A stretch of 64,000 bases of DNA from Podarcis tiliguerta (Eukaryota): the NCBI GenBank assembly GCA_965153285.1, contig OZ229119.1; one strand, 5' to 3'. Positions 10,801 through 24,800 of the stretch are shown here, piece by piece. Both the position numbers and the translations under genes were made by a program. Positions within the stretch are counted from its first letter, which is position 1, and each line of letters begins with the position of its first letter. The notes under the pieces are model-generated. The model saw only the letters and a program-made list of their open reading frames with translations, did not search any database and was not told the origin of the DNA.

Positions 10801-13800
10801 AAGGTAAAGGGCCCTTTAAACCTATCTGCCGGTGCATTTAAGGGAGGGGGAGGGGGAGAATGAACTTCCCCCAACAGCATGCTAAACTTCAAGATGAAGG
10901 GCCTCCCAGCATTCATTTAACAGCTCACCCCAACCAGCCTGCTGTTCTTCACGCTGCAGTTTGTATGACTATCAATGCTGCAAACATTACGTTTTTTAAA
11001 CCTATGGGAAGAAATTCTCAAGCCAGTCTGCACGATCCACTACAATAAACTGTCTTGCTGCAAAATACATGGATTCTACTCAGAAGCAAGCTCCATGGGA
11101 TTGGTCCCAGATGACTTGTACAGGATAGAAATCATGGCTTCTCCTACACATGCTAAGCATAAGCAAACTGCCTCTAAATCAATGAAAACCACAAGAGACT
11201 ACACATTGAAAAGCAAAAGTCCACTGCATAATTAACCATAGCACAATTATTTTAGATATTCTATCAATATTAATTCAAGAAATAAACCACAGCTGAATTT
11301 AAATGGGTAACCTCACCTTCAAACACAGCTAACAAAGTATCAGGATCAGCTTTCACATCTTCAATTGTTTTCCAAGGTATTAAAAAAGGCTCCTTCTTCA
11401 TTATTTTTGAAGGGTTGCTATTGGCAGGATCATAGAACTTGATGGGGAGATCGCCAAACTCAATCAGATGTATATAGGATAACCAAGCTAAGCAGCGGTC
11501 ACTTATGGTGAGATGTTGCACCAAAACTGGTTCACTTTCTGACTTCAGTGCATTCTGCGGAGAAGAAAGTTATATGATGATTAAATCTGACAGCTTAAAT
11601 AACAGGCAACCTTGCTATATTATGCCTAGTCATAGAAATATATTCTAGCAATCAAGCTTGAATTTTTGTTTCACTAAACAAATCCCATGGTCACAACTGG
11701 GGAATTTCAGGTTTCAGAAATTTGCCTGGCCTTATTTGTTCTGTATCCAAGCCTCACATTTTTAAAAAAAATGCTTTAAGGTTTTACAGTATTACAATTA
11801 AGCAGCATATAAATGTTGTGAAATAAATAAATTTGCAGTTAAAACTATTTCTACAAGGACTGAGATGGCAGAAGACACAAATGTTGAAAACTGTATGCAA
11901 CGGCCATATATTACACTGGTAGGCCATGTGACAGAGGAACATTTAATCACAGACAGTAGTATAGACTACTGAAGTCCCTGCTCCCTAGAACACCCAGTAG
12001 AAATGGTGGAGATTTTGTGATCTTATATATTTACAAGCATTTTTTCATAACTGTAGGGAAGCACACTCTGGTCCGTATGAAATTGCTCTCATCTGCTACT
12101 GAATAGTGCAGCAGGGACATTACCGTCAAACTAGATATATAGGACAAAACAGCAATGGATGCCAAAGCCAAAAATCACTTTGATGAAAGTATAACCACCG
12201 TAACATGACATACATAAGCAAGTACCTGGAATAACGCAACAGCATTTTGATATTTCCCAGTGAAAAGGCTTAGGTGAACTCTATACAGCAACATCTCCAG
12301 CAAGTGAAAGGACCGAAGATCCAGATTCTCTTCACATTTTGGACTCTCCATCAGGAACTGTAGCATTCTCCCACAGACATAATCCTTTCCATCAAATGAG
12401 TTTTCCAGATTTAGAAACTGAATGGCAGTTAAGAAAAATAAAATGTTTAAGGATTCATCTCATTTTGTTACGGGATCTAAAGAGCTGTGTGCAAGTGTCT
12501 AAAGCGCTTCTGTGTATGCACAGAGACATTCCAGAGGTATGCTTTCAACTACAGCCAATTGCACTGTATCACATATTATCCTGGAGGCATGATGTTGTGG
12601 GGAAGGTTTGGATGCAAGGTAATGTGAAAGGAACCCTAAACAGGCATCCATTTGTCTGGTACATTTTATGGGATTCTATATTCCCTGTGGCAGGAAAAGG
12701 GAAATCCTAAGTTTAAAAAGTTTTTGTAAAAGTTCTTTTTGAGCTTTAAAAGCTATTTAGTGGAAGCCTTCAAATGAAACATACATGGAAGTGAGATGTA
12801 GTGTGCTAATATGTACTAACTTCATAATTACTACATATAGCTTTTCCAGTGATCAAACTTACTGTCCACCAAATCTTGTAAGTAGGAGCATATTCCACTG
12901 CAGTCTCACACATTTCTTGCACCTCTTCCTTAATTCCTCTTTTTGAAAATAGCTTGAGGTAATGACACCAGACTTCAGAATTTTCTTTGTTATTTTCTAG
13001 TGCTCGAGCCAGGACATTTAAAGCAGAATCCAAGCGTTCAGAGGATGATCTTCAATAAGAAAGGAAAGCAATACATTCATTTTCACATTCTCAGTTTCAT
13101 GGTACAATGCCAAGGCATGCACATGCATTTCCCCTTCAGAAGCTCTCTGCACTTCATACATGACCTTTTTCTCTTCTGTGTTTAAAACAGTTTGAGGGAT
13201 TTGAAATGCAGCAGTCAGAGGAAGAACAGGGAACTTGCACGGTAACTCTAAGGCACTTGTGGATGGTAAAGTACAACTGCAGTTTGTTGCCAATACTCTC
13301 AGACACCTGCTGGTTCCTGATGTAAACGTAAAACATCTGAAAATGACTTCTACCATCTTGCTTAAGGAGTTTTCCATTTTGTCATCATGAATTAAGAAAA
13401 CTAACCTTTAGAAATCCAATCACTTGTATCCTTCATTAAAATGAAACCTCTTTTTACTATTTCCATGCTGAAATGAAGCACTTTAAAGCATAATAATTTA
13501 TTATGCTTACTGTGGACTGTGCACAATAAAAGAGCAAATCAATTCCCCACCAATTGCTTTAAAACAATAACCTATTTGTTGTACATTGGCCAAAGTAACA
13601 AAGGGTCCTTTTGATGCTAGCGACAAAGCTTGCTTCCAACAGCACAGGTGAGAAGTTTGAGACAAAAAGTGCAACTGATTTGTTTGCAAAGAAAGAATTA
13701 CCCACCCTTCATTTTGATTCAGATATTTGTAGGCCAATTTGATCCAAAGCTGAACGTTATATGGGTTCTCAAGTACACTTGCTTCCAGGTTTGAAATGTC

Positions 13801-15823
13801 GTCGGTTTCATTAGTAAAATACCTAACATCATCAGGCGTCACAACAGCATCCAGAGCGGGAAGATTTATTCTGTTCTGTACTGCGGGAGCTGCAAATAAA
13901 AACAATTCTCTTTTTTTAAGGATTGTCACAACTTTCATGCGCGCACACACACACACACACTAATTGTTATGGCAAGATAAATTGAGTTACTTTTGTCTAA
14001 TACTCTATTAGAATTTTATTTAAACATTTTGATTTTTTTTTTTTTTTGTTATCGTTACGTGAGTCAGTGCTGAATCATGAGTGACAGCAGTGCAAGACAT
14101 TCAGGACACTTTCTTCCAATTAACATGACTAACTGACTCAGGCACAGGACTCTTGACCACTAAGCCAACACAGTGCCTCCAGGCACATGTATACTTGCAG
14201 CCTTTCCTAGCTCCAGCAGGATCCTATAATAACCCGCCCCCTGCTGAAATTAGGCATCAAAAAAGTCTTCCATTGTAGGCAATAGAATGATTTTTCACTG
14301 GGTCTGTGTGGAAATGGTGCCACCTACCTGTGACACCAGCTCTATATGCCTATATCAGTTTTATCATTACAGGGCAAATAAAGAGAGGAGACAAGTAAAT
14401 GTGTTCAAGTACACTTTTTTGCCCTTTTTCGGAATTACTCTTAACATTCCAGATTTACTTGCATAATAATTAATGCTACCATATTTAATAGGACCAGAAG
14501 ACTGTTCCTCTTCACTGCTGATATCACTGTCCAAATGAGTTTTTTCCCAGTGCTTAGGTCTCCATTTCCTTTTGTCTTTCCAAGTTGTAAACGGAGGGGC
14601 TATTTACAAGAGAGATAAAATTGAAGTATACATTAAATTCTTTACATCGTGTTTTATCATCAAAACAAATCCTGCTTATCCAGCTACAACATTTTTTTAA
14701 AAAAACTCCACTGAATGCTGCTGTAGACTGGATCTTGAGATATTAAAAAAGTTACTTACTGTGACCTTTGCTTTCATTGACATTACTAGCAAGAAGAACA
14801 GCCATTTGATCCATTGCCATGCGATCTTTGTTTACACCAAACAGTTTTTCGACATATTTTTCTGAAATAAGATTGTAGCAATATCTAAGACACATATCAT
14901 TATCAGTAATTTACAACTATATGCATTCATACTGTATATCCATGACGAAATCCACAGAACTCTGATGAAACTTTTAACACTACAAATTGTTTCAAAATGG
15001 TGGCATCAATGTCCCATCAATACAACTCCAAATACTTTTCACTTTTATGATCTTTTGCTGAAAACTTACACAGGTGAAAAGTAAAAAGCAATTACATGAC
15101 AGCAGAAGGCAGAATCACACTTTGTTTAATATGAATACAGTGCAGAGTGAAAGCATGCATTAGGAAGCAGCTTGCTTTCTTAACTTTTGGCTATGAAGCT
15201 AGAATACCTAATTGCAGAACTAAATTGCCTTGCTGGCAAGACTAACAAGCAACATACCTGTTGCAGTGCTTATCTCTTCATCGGTGCTTTTTTCTGAACA
15301 GCCTATCAGAGCTAAATTGTATGAAAGAACATCCTCAAACAGCTGTCTTCGGCTGAGAGTGCAATCTTTCATGTGTTGCCTGAAATAAAAAATAATCCCG
15401 TTTAAAAATCAGCTAAAGGCTCTGTGAACATCATACCTAAAGTAAGTGAATGTTATTTTCAAACAGCATTTAAAACATTTCCAGAAACTCTAAGAAGTGT
15501 GCAGCTGCAAGCCAAGTGTGTACAAGACAAGATAGTGTACATATGCACTCTATCTAATACTCAGGTGCCACTACTACTCATAAGGACTGACTTCAGTAAT
15601 CCCGGCGTATTACAGAACACATCTCAAACTTTTTATTACTCAAAAGCAAAGTGAACTTTGAAGAGCATCTCCGACATAATGTACCTCACGTTCAAATGTT
15701 AGCTGTCATCTGAGAAGTTTAAATACGGTCGCACAGATATGTCAATATGATACTAGCAGCTGAATACAAGTGTATTGAGGGCAGGCAATTTGTAATTCCC
15801 AATTCAATCCAGTGAACAGGTAT

Positions 15824-15856
<33 letters not shown>

Positions 15857-18800
15857 AATAATAGATTTCAAATGCCATGCAACACCAAAACTGAAGAATG
15901 TGTATAAAATGAGAATTGATGAGACTAAATGGGTTATTCTAACACTTCTAAAGGACTGCAAATTAGGAGTGCTCTGTAAAACACACATAAATAGCAATGA
16001 CTTTCTTTTCCTGTAGGTGTCCCCACCCCACTCCACTTCATTGATTAAGGCTTCTCCAAGAGCCTTGCTTCAAAACCCTATCTATGGGAGAAAGGATTGC
16101 TGGGAATTTAACCAATGCATACTATTTCTCGGTGAATGAGAACGTGCTTTGGGGCTTTGGCTGCTGGCAGTTCAGAATACTGGCTATTGCTCCTGGGTAT
16201 ATAAGTTCTTACCATTACAGTGGTACCTCTGGTTACGAACTTAATTCGTTCCGGAGGTCTGTTCTTAAGTTGAAACCGTTCTTATACTGAGGCATGCTTT
16301 TGTTAATGGGGCCTCCCGCTGTGCACACAGCTCTGGCGCACGATTTCCGTTCACGTCCTGGAGCAAAGGTCACAACCAGAAGCAGCTACTTCCGGGTTAG
16401 CGGAGCTCGTAACCTGAAGCATTCGTAACCAGAGGTACCACTGTACTGATCTCTTTAAATGTACCCCAGGTTCATTTCTTTTTACGCACAGAGCAGGACA
16501 CAAACACACTACAGCAAAACCACACCTGAACAGGCAGGTTCTGATGCCTTCATATAGAAGCTAAATCCCTTCTGCTCTGGGAAGAAAAGGGCCTATTTTT
16601 CTTCGAACAGTATTTTCAAGGGATGTTCTAGAAAATGGTGGCAGAATCTCTCCCCCCGCCCCAGTAGCTTGTATCAAGAGGCCTTCAAAACTCTGCAAAA
16701 GGCACTTTGGAACTCCTCTTCCTGCATCTGTTTGTATAAGAAAGGGCAGGGATTCCCTCCACTGCCATGGCCAAAAAAGCCATCTGTGTACCTTTCCCCT
16801 TATTCCCATCCTTTCCAGGATACAAAAATGAAACAGATTATCTGATGAACGCTACTTTTCTTTTAACATAAGCAGACAAAAATCTTTCTTAATCAAATGA
16901 CAAATTTGCCTGGAATCCCAAGGCAATAGCCTCTGCAGTAGAGATCATTCAATTAGAGCAGTATGAGGTGAAGGGGAGAATCACTCACCATCGACAATCA
17001 TCATCATTGCATGTACCCGTTAGATCAAAACGGCAGAAACACTGTTTAGGCTCAATCATATTGCTGTAGGATACTGAACTGAGGTAAAGCTTTTCTTTTG
17101 TTCGAAAATAGGGACTAAACCTAAGCAAAGTAACAACATGAGATGTTAATATTTCCAGGTCAATAAAATTAGCTCATGGCTAACACACAAACATGTACTA
17201 ACGGTACTAAAATTGAATCCTATATCACTTCACTTTTCAAAGATAATCATAACCATAAGCAGATATGTAGCACCACCTGCTGTTCATCCCAAAAGGGAAT
17301 AGAAGCTTGTTTTTCTTTCATCCACAAAAGTATTTAAGACCAAATCAGCCGGTAGTTCTTAATTCTTACCACCCACTTTTAAGAGATAACTCTGTATTCT
17401 ATATGTATTTTGTAGCCGTTTTTTTGTTTTTGTTTACATGTGTATGTGTCCTCTTCATGTAATGCATTTAAATTGTCTACAGTTTGGTGTTTGCTGTTTT
17501 AAATGAAAGTCCAATAATTACAAATGCAAGAGCGATTTAGCAACATTTGCTACCAAACTCTAATTTCTCACATCTGCAGAGCTCTTCCTCTTTGAGGACC
17601 ATAAATGTAGCTATAGTTCTACAGCTCTGTTCTCCATTGCTACTCCAAAGCTCACCATCCTTTCATATAAAGGATTTTACAACAGAAATCCCCAACCATA
17701 CTCAAAGCCGCTATGCAACATAGCATCTTTAATCAACTCAGTATTCATACCTGTAGGATTTAAAAACAAGAAGTGGGCTATGATAAGGTCCAAACGGATA
17801 TGGCTTCCCTTCTGTTTGTTTACTTGGAGCTGTGAAAGGGTCTACGTCCACTTTTATTTCCTAGGGGAAAGATACAATATATAACCATACAGAGACTCAA
17901 GCCACAGGAATTCATTAAAAAAACTTGATCTTTTAGTATTAAATAGTACACTGAATTACCTGCCCATGTAAGTTTTCTTCATTAGAAACCGCAAGCATGG
18001 TATTTTCTCTCAAGAGATCTTTTAAGCCATCAGCTTTCCCATGAAGTTTTTTCAGTTCATCAATATTCAGACCCAAAAAGAGCTCGGGTTGTTCTAGTGC
18101 CTTTTTCGAAACTTTGCTTGAAGTTTCTTGCTTGGGGGTGTCAACGTGCTTAAGGTTAGGTTTAGTAGAAGAATTTGATTCTCTGAAAGACCTCCTTCGT
18201 TCTCTGGTGGAATTGGACAAAATTTCATCATCACAATAATTCTCTTCTGTATCTAATGTCAGTTTGTCTTGTGTCAGATCATGAAGGGAAGGTTGAGGTA
18301 GTGCAAAGTCAGGTTCCTCTTCTGTAACGGGAAGAATATTTGATCGGTCCTTAGTCTGATGTGCATGGGCCTCCTTCAGCTGCTGAATTTTTAGAGCATA
18401 TTCATACTGTAGTTGCTGTAATCTTTTTTTCTCCAGTGCAATCAGTTCTGCTGAATGTTTCTTGGGGCTCGACGAAGGAGATTTCTCCAATTTCAATATT
18501 TTGTTTGGCTGCCAAGAAACACACTCAAAATTCTTAGAACTTCACATTTACAGACAAGATAAATAAATAAAAACACTTCTGACTAGCTTTGTAGTTTAAA
18601 TTCTTACCAGACAATTCACACATACAAATGGGAAAAACAGAACATAATTTACCAATGGTATAACTATTAGGGTTTCAATTAATCTATGCCATTTCAAGTA
18701 TATTTCTAAGAACCCACAATTTTGCTCTCCGTGGGAAGAGCTCATTCAGTCCTTAGCAAAGGTGACAAACCGCAGGCTCTCCCCCAACAGACGAGTGGGG

Positions 18801-21800
18801 AGAGGGGATGGATAATCCAAAACCCAGCTTGGAATTTGTTTTGACTCTACACATGTCAGGTGCTTGGAACATGTGCACTTGGCCTACAAATACAGATATA
18901 ACCTCCAAACTGATCTGTTTGCTTCCAGGCCACTTCAAGTTCCCAGCAAGGGAACCAGTCTCTGCATCCTCCATGCAGCTGGTGGGAGCAGATGGAGTTT
19001 GTCTCTGTTTTAATGGGATATTCCGAGCACCTGACAAACTCTAAGCCAAGCCTCCAGCTCTGCCTCCTATTGTCCATCTGAGCTGGCAGAAAGAAGTGTG
19101 TGGCCTTGAATACATAATGACAGCATTTTCTTTGCACTTACTAGGCAAGCCTTTATCCTGATGAGCTCAGTACTACCTAGAGAGCAGGGGCATGTGTTCA
19201 GAATCCCTCACACTGCCTTCCCCAGTTCCAACCCAAGGTCTGAAATGGGCAGAGGGGGATTGTCTCTGACATCATGCTGTATTTCAGAGGCTCATCATAA
19301 AGTGAAGTGTTAACAAGCTTTTAGGTACAGTAGCGTAAGTTTTAATATTCAAATCTGTTGAACATGATCTCTGAAAGCTATTATTTCCCAGAATGGACCC
19401 AACAGTTGAGGCTCATTTCACGGGATTTTTGACTTTTTAACAGTAAGGATAATAAATTGAATTTGAAAATCTCACTTTCAAATTCCATGTGGCAAGGATG
19501 GGTGCCCTTTGAGAAAGAACTCCGAACCCTCCTTAGCAAGCAGAAAAAGTAGAATGCTACTTGGATTATGGCCAGTGTTCATAATGCAACAATCCCTTAT
19601 GCTTTCTCCAAAAACTGAAAACTGGTATTATAAAGCACAGGTGTGTTTGGAGGTTCATTTCAGCTCTCGATTAATATTCTTGTTTTCTGGTCTAGTTTTC
19701 AAGGCTATACTTACTCCAAAATGATCATATTCAAGTTTTCGTTTTCCAAGTTCTTTGCTAGCCAGTGCTTTTGCTCGAGCAAGCTCTTCTCCATATTTTA
19801 ATGCTAGCGCTTTTTTTGCTGTTACTCGTTGCTGTACTCTGTGGATCTGAAATATTTATGCATTCTTCAGATGTCACATTTGAACCCAAGCATGGATATA
19901 AACCAAATAAGCTAACAAATTAGTCTGAAATATGTCTAGTAAAAAAGGACTGTCCTACATACAACACGACGGTTAAACAAGCAAGTTTTATAGTGCTATA
20001 GAAAAAGACAACTTACTTGTTCCTGAAGCTTCTTCAAGAACACTTTATTAGCATTTAGTATCTTCTCTGCTGCTTGCAGCTGCTCATTCAGTTTTGCAAT
20101 CTTGCTTTCAGCAAGACGAACAGACTCTTTTTTCTTTGCCTCTTGCTGCAATAGATGTTTCAACACAGATTCATCCTTCATCAAGAGAAGTCTAAAGAAA
20201 AGAAAATGGAGTTCAAATTTCACCTATATTCATGACTATATACAAAAGCCGTATGAAATTAGAGGCACCATCTAAACTGTTCAAAGCATCTAGGTATTAT
20301 TTAAGAATACAGTTTATATTAAGGTTATTGTTGGGGGATTTTTAATGCTGTGAAGCTGCAGCGAGCATTACGCTGGGGTGGGAAGGCACAGGCAGAAAAA
20401 CACAGAGAAGCGGAGAGCTGGTGGGGAGACCACCACTGCAGGTTCCCAGCAGACAAGGAAAGCTGCTTGTGAAGGAGCAGCACCATTCAAGATCCAATCC
20501 TTCTGCTTAGCAGGAAGTTCCAATCATGCATGGTCCTGCTCCTTCATGAGCAACTTCTCTGCACACAAGTTAAGGGGAGGATCGGAGACAAGGGTAGAGC
20601 GAGGATGGCTGCTGGGGAGAGGCATCAGGAACGAAAACTAAGGAGCCAGGATCTGTGAGCACAGCACCCAAACAGGCTGCCCCCAACCAGCAAAAGGCAA
20701 ACAAGTAAGAAGAGGACTAAATGAGCTTCTTTAAAGTTGTTGTTTTTTCTCTCACTGAGATTAAGGAAAGTCATTCTCTCATAGTGTGTTGTTCATAGGC
20801 AGGTTCAGCTGTTTCAATATCTAAATCAGCTTGTATGTGTAGCATAGTACGGGTACAAATTTATCATGTTCAGATAAGGGAATTTTTACATAATGAGTGG
20901 ACAGATAGTGGGACCTGCATGCAGTTAAAGTGAAGTGTCCCAAACACACAAACAACACATACTAACCATTGCTACGGAGGGTTACCATTAAGATGAGGAG
21001 ACTTACTTGTGTTTTTTGAGTTTTGCCTCTGCATCTGTAACTTGTTTTGTTACTATTGCTATCCTACCAACCCCATCAACTTCAACGTCAGAGTTTGCTG
21101 GTGATGAACTTGTCTTCAAGGGTTCAGATATTATCAGGCGTTGTTTCTCCCTGCTAAAATATTCAAGACGCATTATTTTTAAAACTTTAGTTTTCAGACA
21201 AAAAACTGAAACTTATTTTCCAAGAAAGTAAAATCAGATTTGTTATCACTACCACTTTGAATTAGAACAGCTCACAAGATAATTTATAAATAAAACCAAG
21301 GCTTTAAATAAACAAAATAGAATAATTAAAAAATATGGATGACTACATCAGGCCACTGATTTTTAAATCAGTCAGTTTTTGGCTAACAACTCAAGTGCTT
21401 TTCTTGATTTTCACTGTGCGAAGCCCAAATACCTGGCAATCTCTTCTTTTAGGAGTCTGTATTCAATCTTTTTATCTTCTGGTAAGGCCTCTGGGGTTCT
21501 TACAGGATTGTTTTCTTTTTCAGATTTTAAAGGTGCTTTGGGTTTTGATGCCTGTAACAGAAGAATCCAACACTGTTATATATAGGAACCGAAATAAAAA
21601 ATTGAAATTATTGAAGAAAGGGAAGTTGGATTTACCACAGAGTTTCTTTTTATCTAGAAGACAGGATTAACTCTACTGATTCAGAAAGCAGGGTCAACCA
21701 ACTTTGCCTCTTTTAAAAGGAGAGGTCCTCTCCAGTTTTGGAAAGGCAAAAGAACAAACTAAGTGTAAGACTTGAGGAAAAAATGAGCCATCCACAAGGG

Positions 21801-24800
21801 AACCGGAATAGCCAGGGAAATAGAAGGTAAAAGTAAGTAGCAAAAATACACTTTCAAAAGGATATTATGAGCCCAAGTTATAGCTTATTTTAACAGGATA
21901 CAACTTGCCCCCAAAGCCACCCAGAAGTCAAATCCTTCTCTAGTGCTGGCAAGATCTTACTTGCTCTCCTACCTAGCTATGAAGATTCCTTCTGTAAAGT
22001 TATGTCCAACTTCTCTTTTTCATTTAATGGTAGAAGACCAGGCAGAACAAGGATACTCTGAAGCAGAACCACATTCCGCAACGGGTTCCAGAGTAAACAG
22101 ATTATTATGGGCAATTCTCTGAAAAACCCACTGTGGCACACACCTACTGAAAGAGGCACACTGCTGCCACACTGCTGGAGCCCAAAGTAAATACAAGAAA
22201 GCAGTGCAGTGCTGCCGACTCCTGTGCTCAACTAGCAGTCTTCACCAGCAAGAGTGTGAAACAGGACCTTCTTCACTGAATGAGAACATGAGAAAGGAGA
22301 CCCGGAGCTCTGACAAGTGATCTGCTTATTGTATAGCTACCCAAAGGGATCAGTGCGAACAAGTACTAAGCTCCTGCTTTCACATCAGGTGCAGGGAGGA
22401 AAATAAGACAAAATGTACTTAAAGATAAAAGGCTGGCAATGACTTTCACTCCTTGTCAGAAGGCAGGCCCAAGAACTGGGATGAACTCTTCTCTAAAAGG
22501 AATAATTTGTTTCTCCTAACCTCTGAACCAATTAAGTCTACCCATACCTTCCAACATTTCTCCAATAAAAATAGGGATGTCCCATTCCATAACGATCATT
22601 TTACTATTTATATCCCACACATCTTACTGGGTTGCCCCAGCCACTCTGGGCTGCTTCCAACACATATAAAAACATAATAAAACATTTTTTTAAAAAACCC
22701 TCCCTATACAGGATTGCCTTCAGACGGCTTGGGGGGTCAGATAACGCCATACCCTCCAACATTTCTCCAATGAAAACAGGGGCGTCCTAAGGAAAAGCAG
22801 GACATTCCAGGATCAAATCAGAAACCAGGACAACTTTTCTAAATCAGGGACGTCCCTAGAAAATAGGGACACTTGGAGGGTCTGTCCTTCCTGTTCTCCT
22901 ACCGATAGACAAGGAAGTCTGTTTTACACAGCTGGCCATTGCAGTGCACAGCAAATGCAGGCTAAGATTTTAAAAACTAAATTTCATGTGATCTTTTCAA
23001 AGAATGTCATTTCCACATCCACATCCATTTTATTTACCTCTACAGTCCTTCGAGCTTCTTTGATCATAGATTCTAGGCCACCAAACACACTAGCAGCAGA
23101 GATGGGTTGTTCCGCATCCGATTCACTGTCATCTGAATCATTCAGTGTAACCACGACTGACTTGTGCTTTGGAAGCTAAAGAAATAAAAGGTTAAATAAT
23201 TTTGAGTGAGCAACTCTCTTAAGAATAGTGGCCTTGCTCTTCTTTGAAAGAAACAGTACACAGGAACCAACCTAACCCACCTCCAAAATGCTACTGTTCC
23301 CAGCTGCCGAATCAGCACAAGCCAACCTAGGATTTTGCATGTTACTTTCTTGCCCTACTTTGGCAGTGTTAACCTCAAACATGATGCACCTTCCTATATG
23401 AAGCCAAGTAAAAAATATTTCATTACCGTAATCACTGTTCGTGGGAGTCTTGGTACTCTAATAATCTTTGTGTTCTTTACACGAGGTTGAGAAACAGTGT
23501 TAATACTGACGGCTGAAAGATTGCTTCTTGGCACGGCATGGGAGTTATTGGGGAAAGGCGGTGAAGGTGGACCACTATTACTTGAGTTCTCCTATAAATA
23601 AATAAACAATCAGAAAAGCCACTGTGAAAGGCTTTTAAATATTTAAATACACAAATGCTGCAAAAACGTAACACAAACAAAGCCTCCTCAACCTGTTAGA
23701 AGCTGCCATTTTAGAAGGCATAGATTTTTAACGACAACAGAAGCCACTGAGCATGGAAATGGCCAACATCAGCGGTAAGTGAAGTAATCGTTGCTCAGAT
23801 TTCAACCATGTGAAATGTCATAATCCTACTAATTATCCAGCTGAAATAGCTAGGACAATGCCAAACAAGTGGGAGGCAACTTGTTCAGTTTACAGCAAAT
23901 TTAACCCTAACCAAGAGAACTTTAAACTCCTTTTAAGGTTAAAGAACAGATTACGCTGTTTAAAGAACTGCATGCCACCTTCAAGTTGTCCAGTCACACT
24001 TTTGTTTTTCCAAACTAACACAAAAAACTTTTCTGGTGTAATGCAGATCATAATGCACCAGGGCTGACATCTAGTGGCTATATTCAGAAGTGATAAATAC
24101 CTCCGGTTTGAAAGCTCGTTTGTTTGCTAGAGATTTAAGTAGCTCTTCTCGCAGCAACATTTCTTCCTCCTCCTCCTCATCTGCAAATGGCGGTTTGGGT
24201 GGCTGTTCAGGTTCTTCAGGTGGAAGTGGAGGAAGGGGTGGTAGTGGCTCAAGAGAAGCACTTGAAATACCTTCTACATACAACTGGCTGCCTGGTGGCA
24301 AAGCCTTAAAAAGTTGGAAAGGAAAAGGGAAATAGCTTAATTACTACTTGACCTTCCCCAAATAGTGTGCCAAGCATATCTGGCTCATGCTACGCTTCAA
24401 TACAAAACATCAGCAACTCCAAAAGCCAAGATACTGCACTTGAAAATCAAGATTTTCCAAGACAGAAAATAAAAGAGAATGACTTGCTTATTCAAAACTA
24501 TTAGTCGCCAGTACTGGACTGCACTAAGCAGTTGGACTTACTCCCAGGTAAGTGATTATAAGATCCATTTTAGTTCCTTAAATAACATTTAAGAGACACA
24601 AATCTATAAAACGTGCAAAAGTTTAGTAGTAAGTAGCTATGTACTGAATGGGGAGCTATCACCTCAGGATTTTTTACTTATATTTCCAGTAGAAGAAATA
24701 GGTAGCACAGGATATAGAAGCTCGGTGAGTATTAGTACTGGCATTAATCAGTAATAAGAGTGGAGCTAGAAATAATTTTGATCCAGGCCAAGTCCCATTT

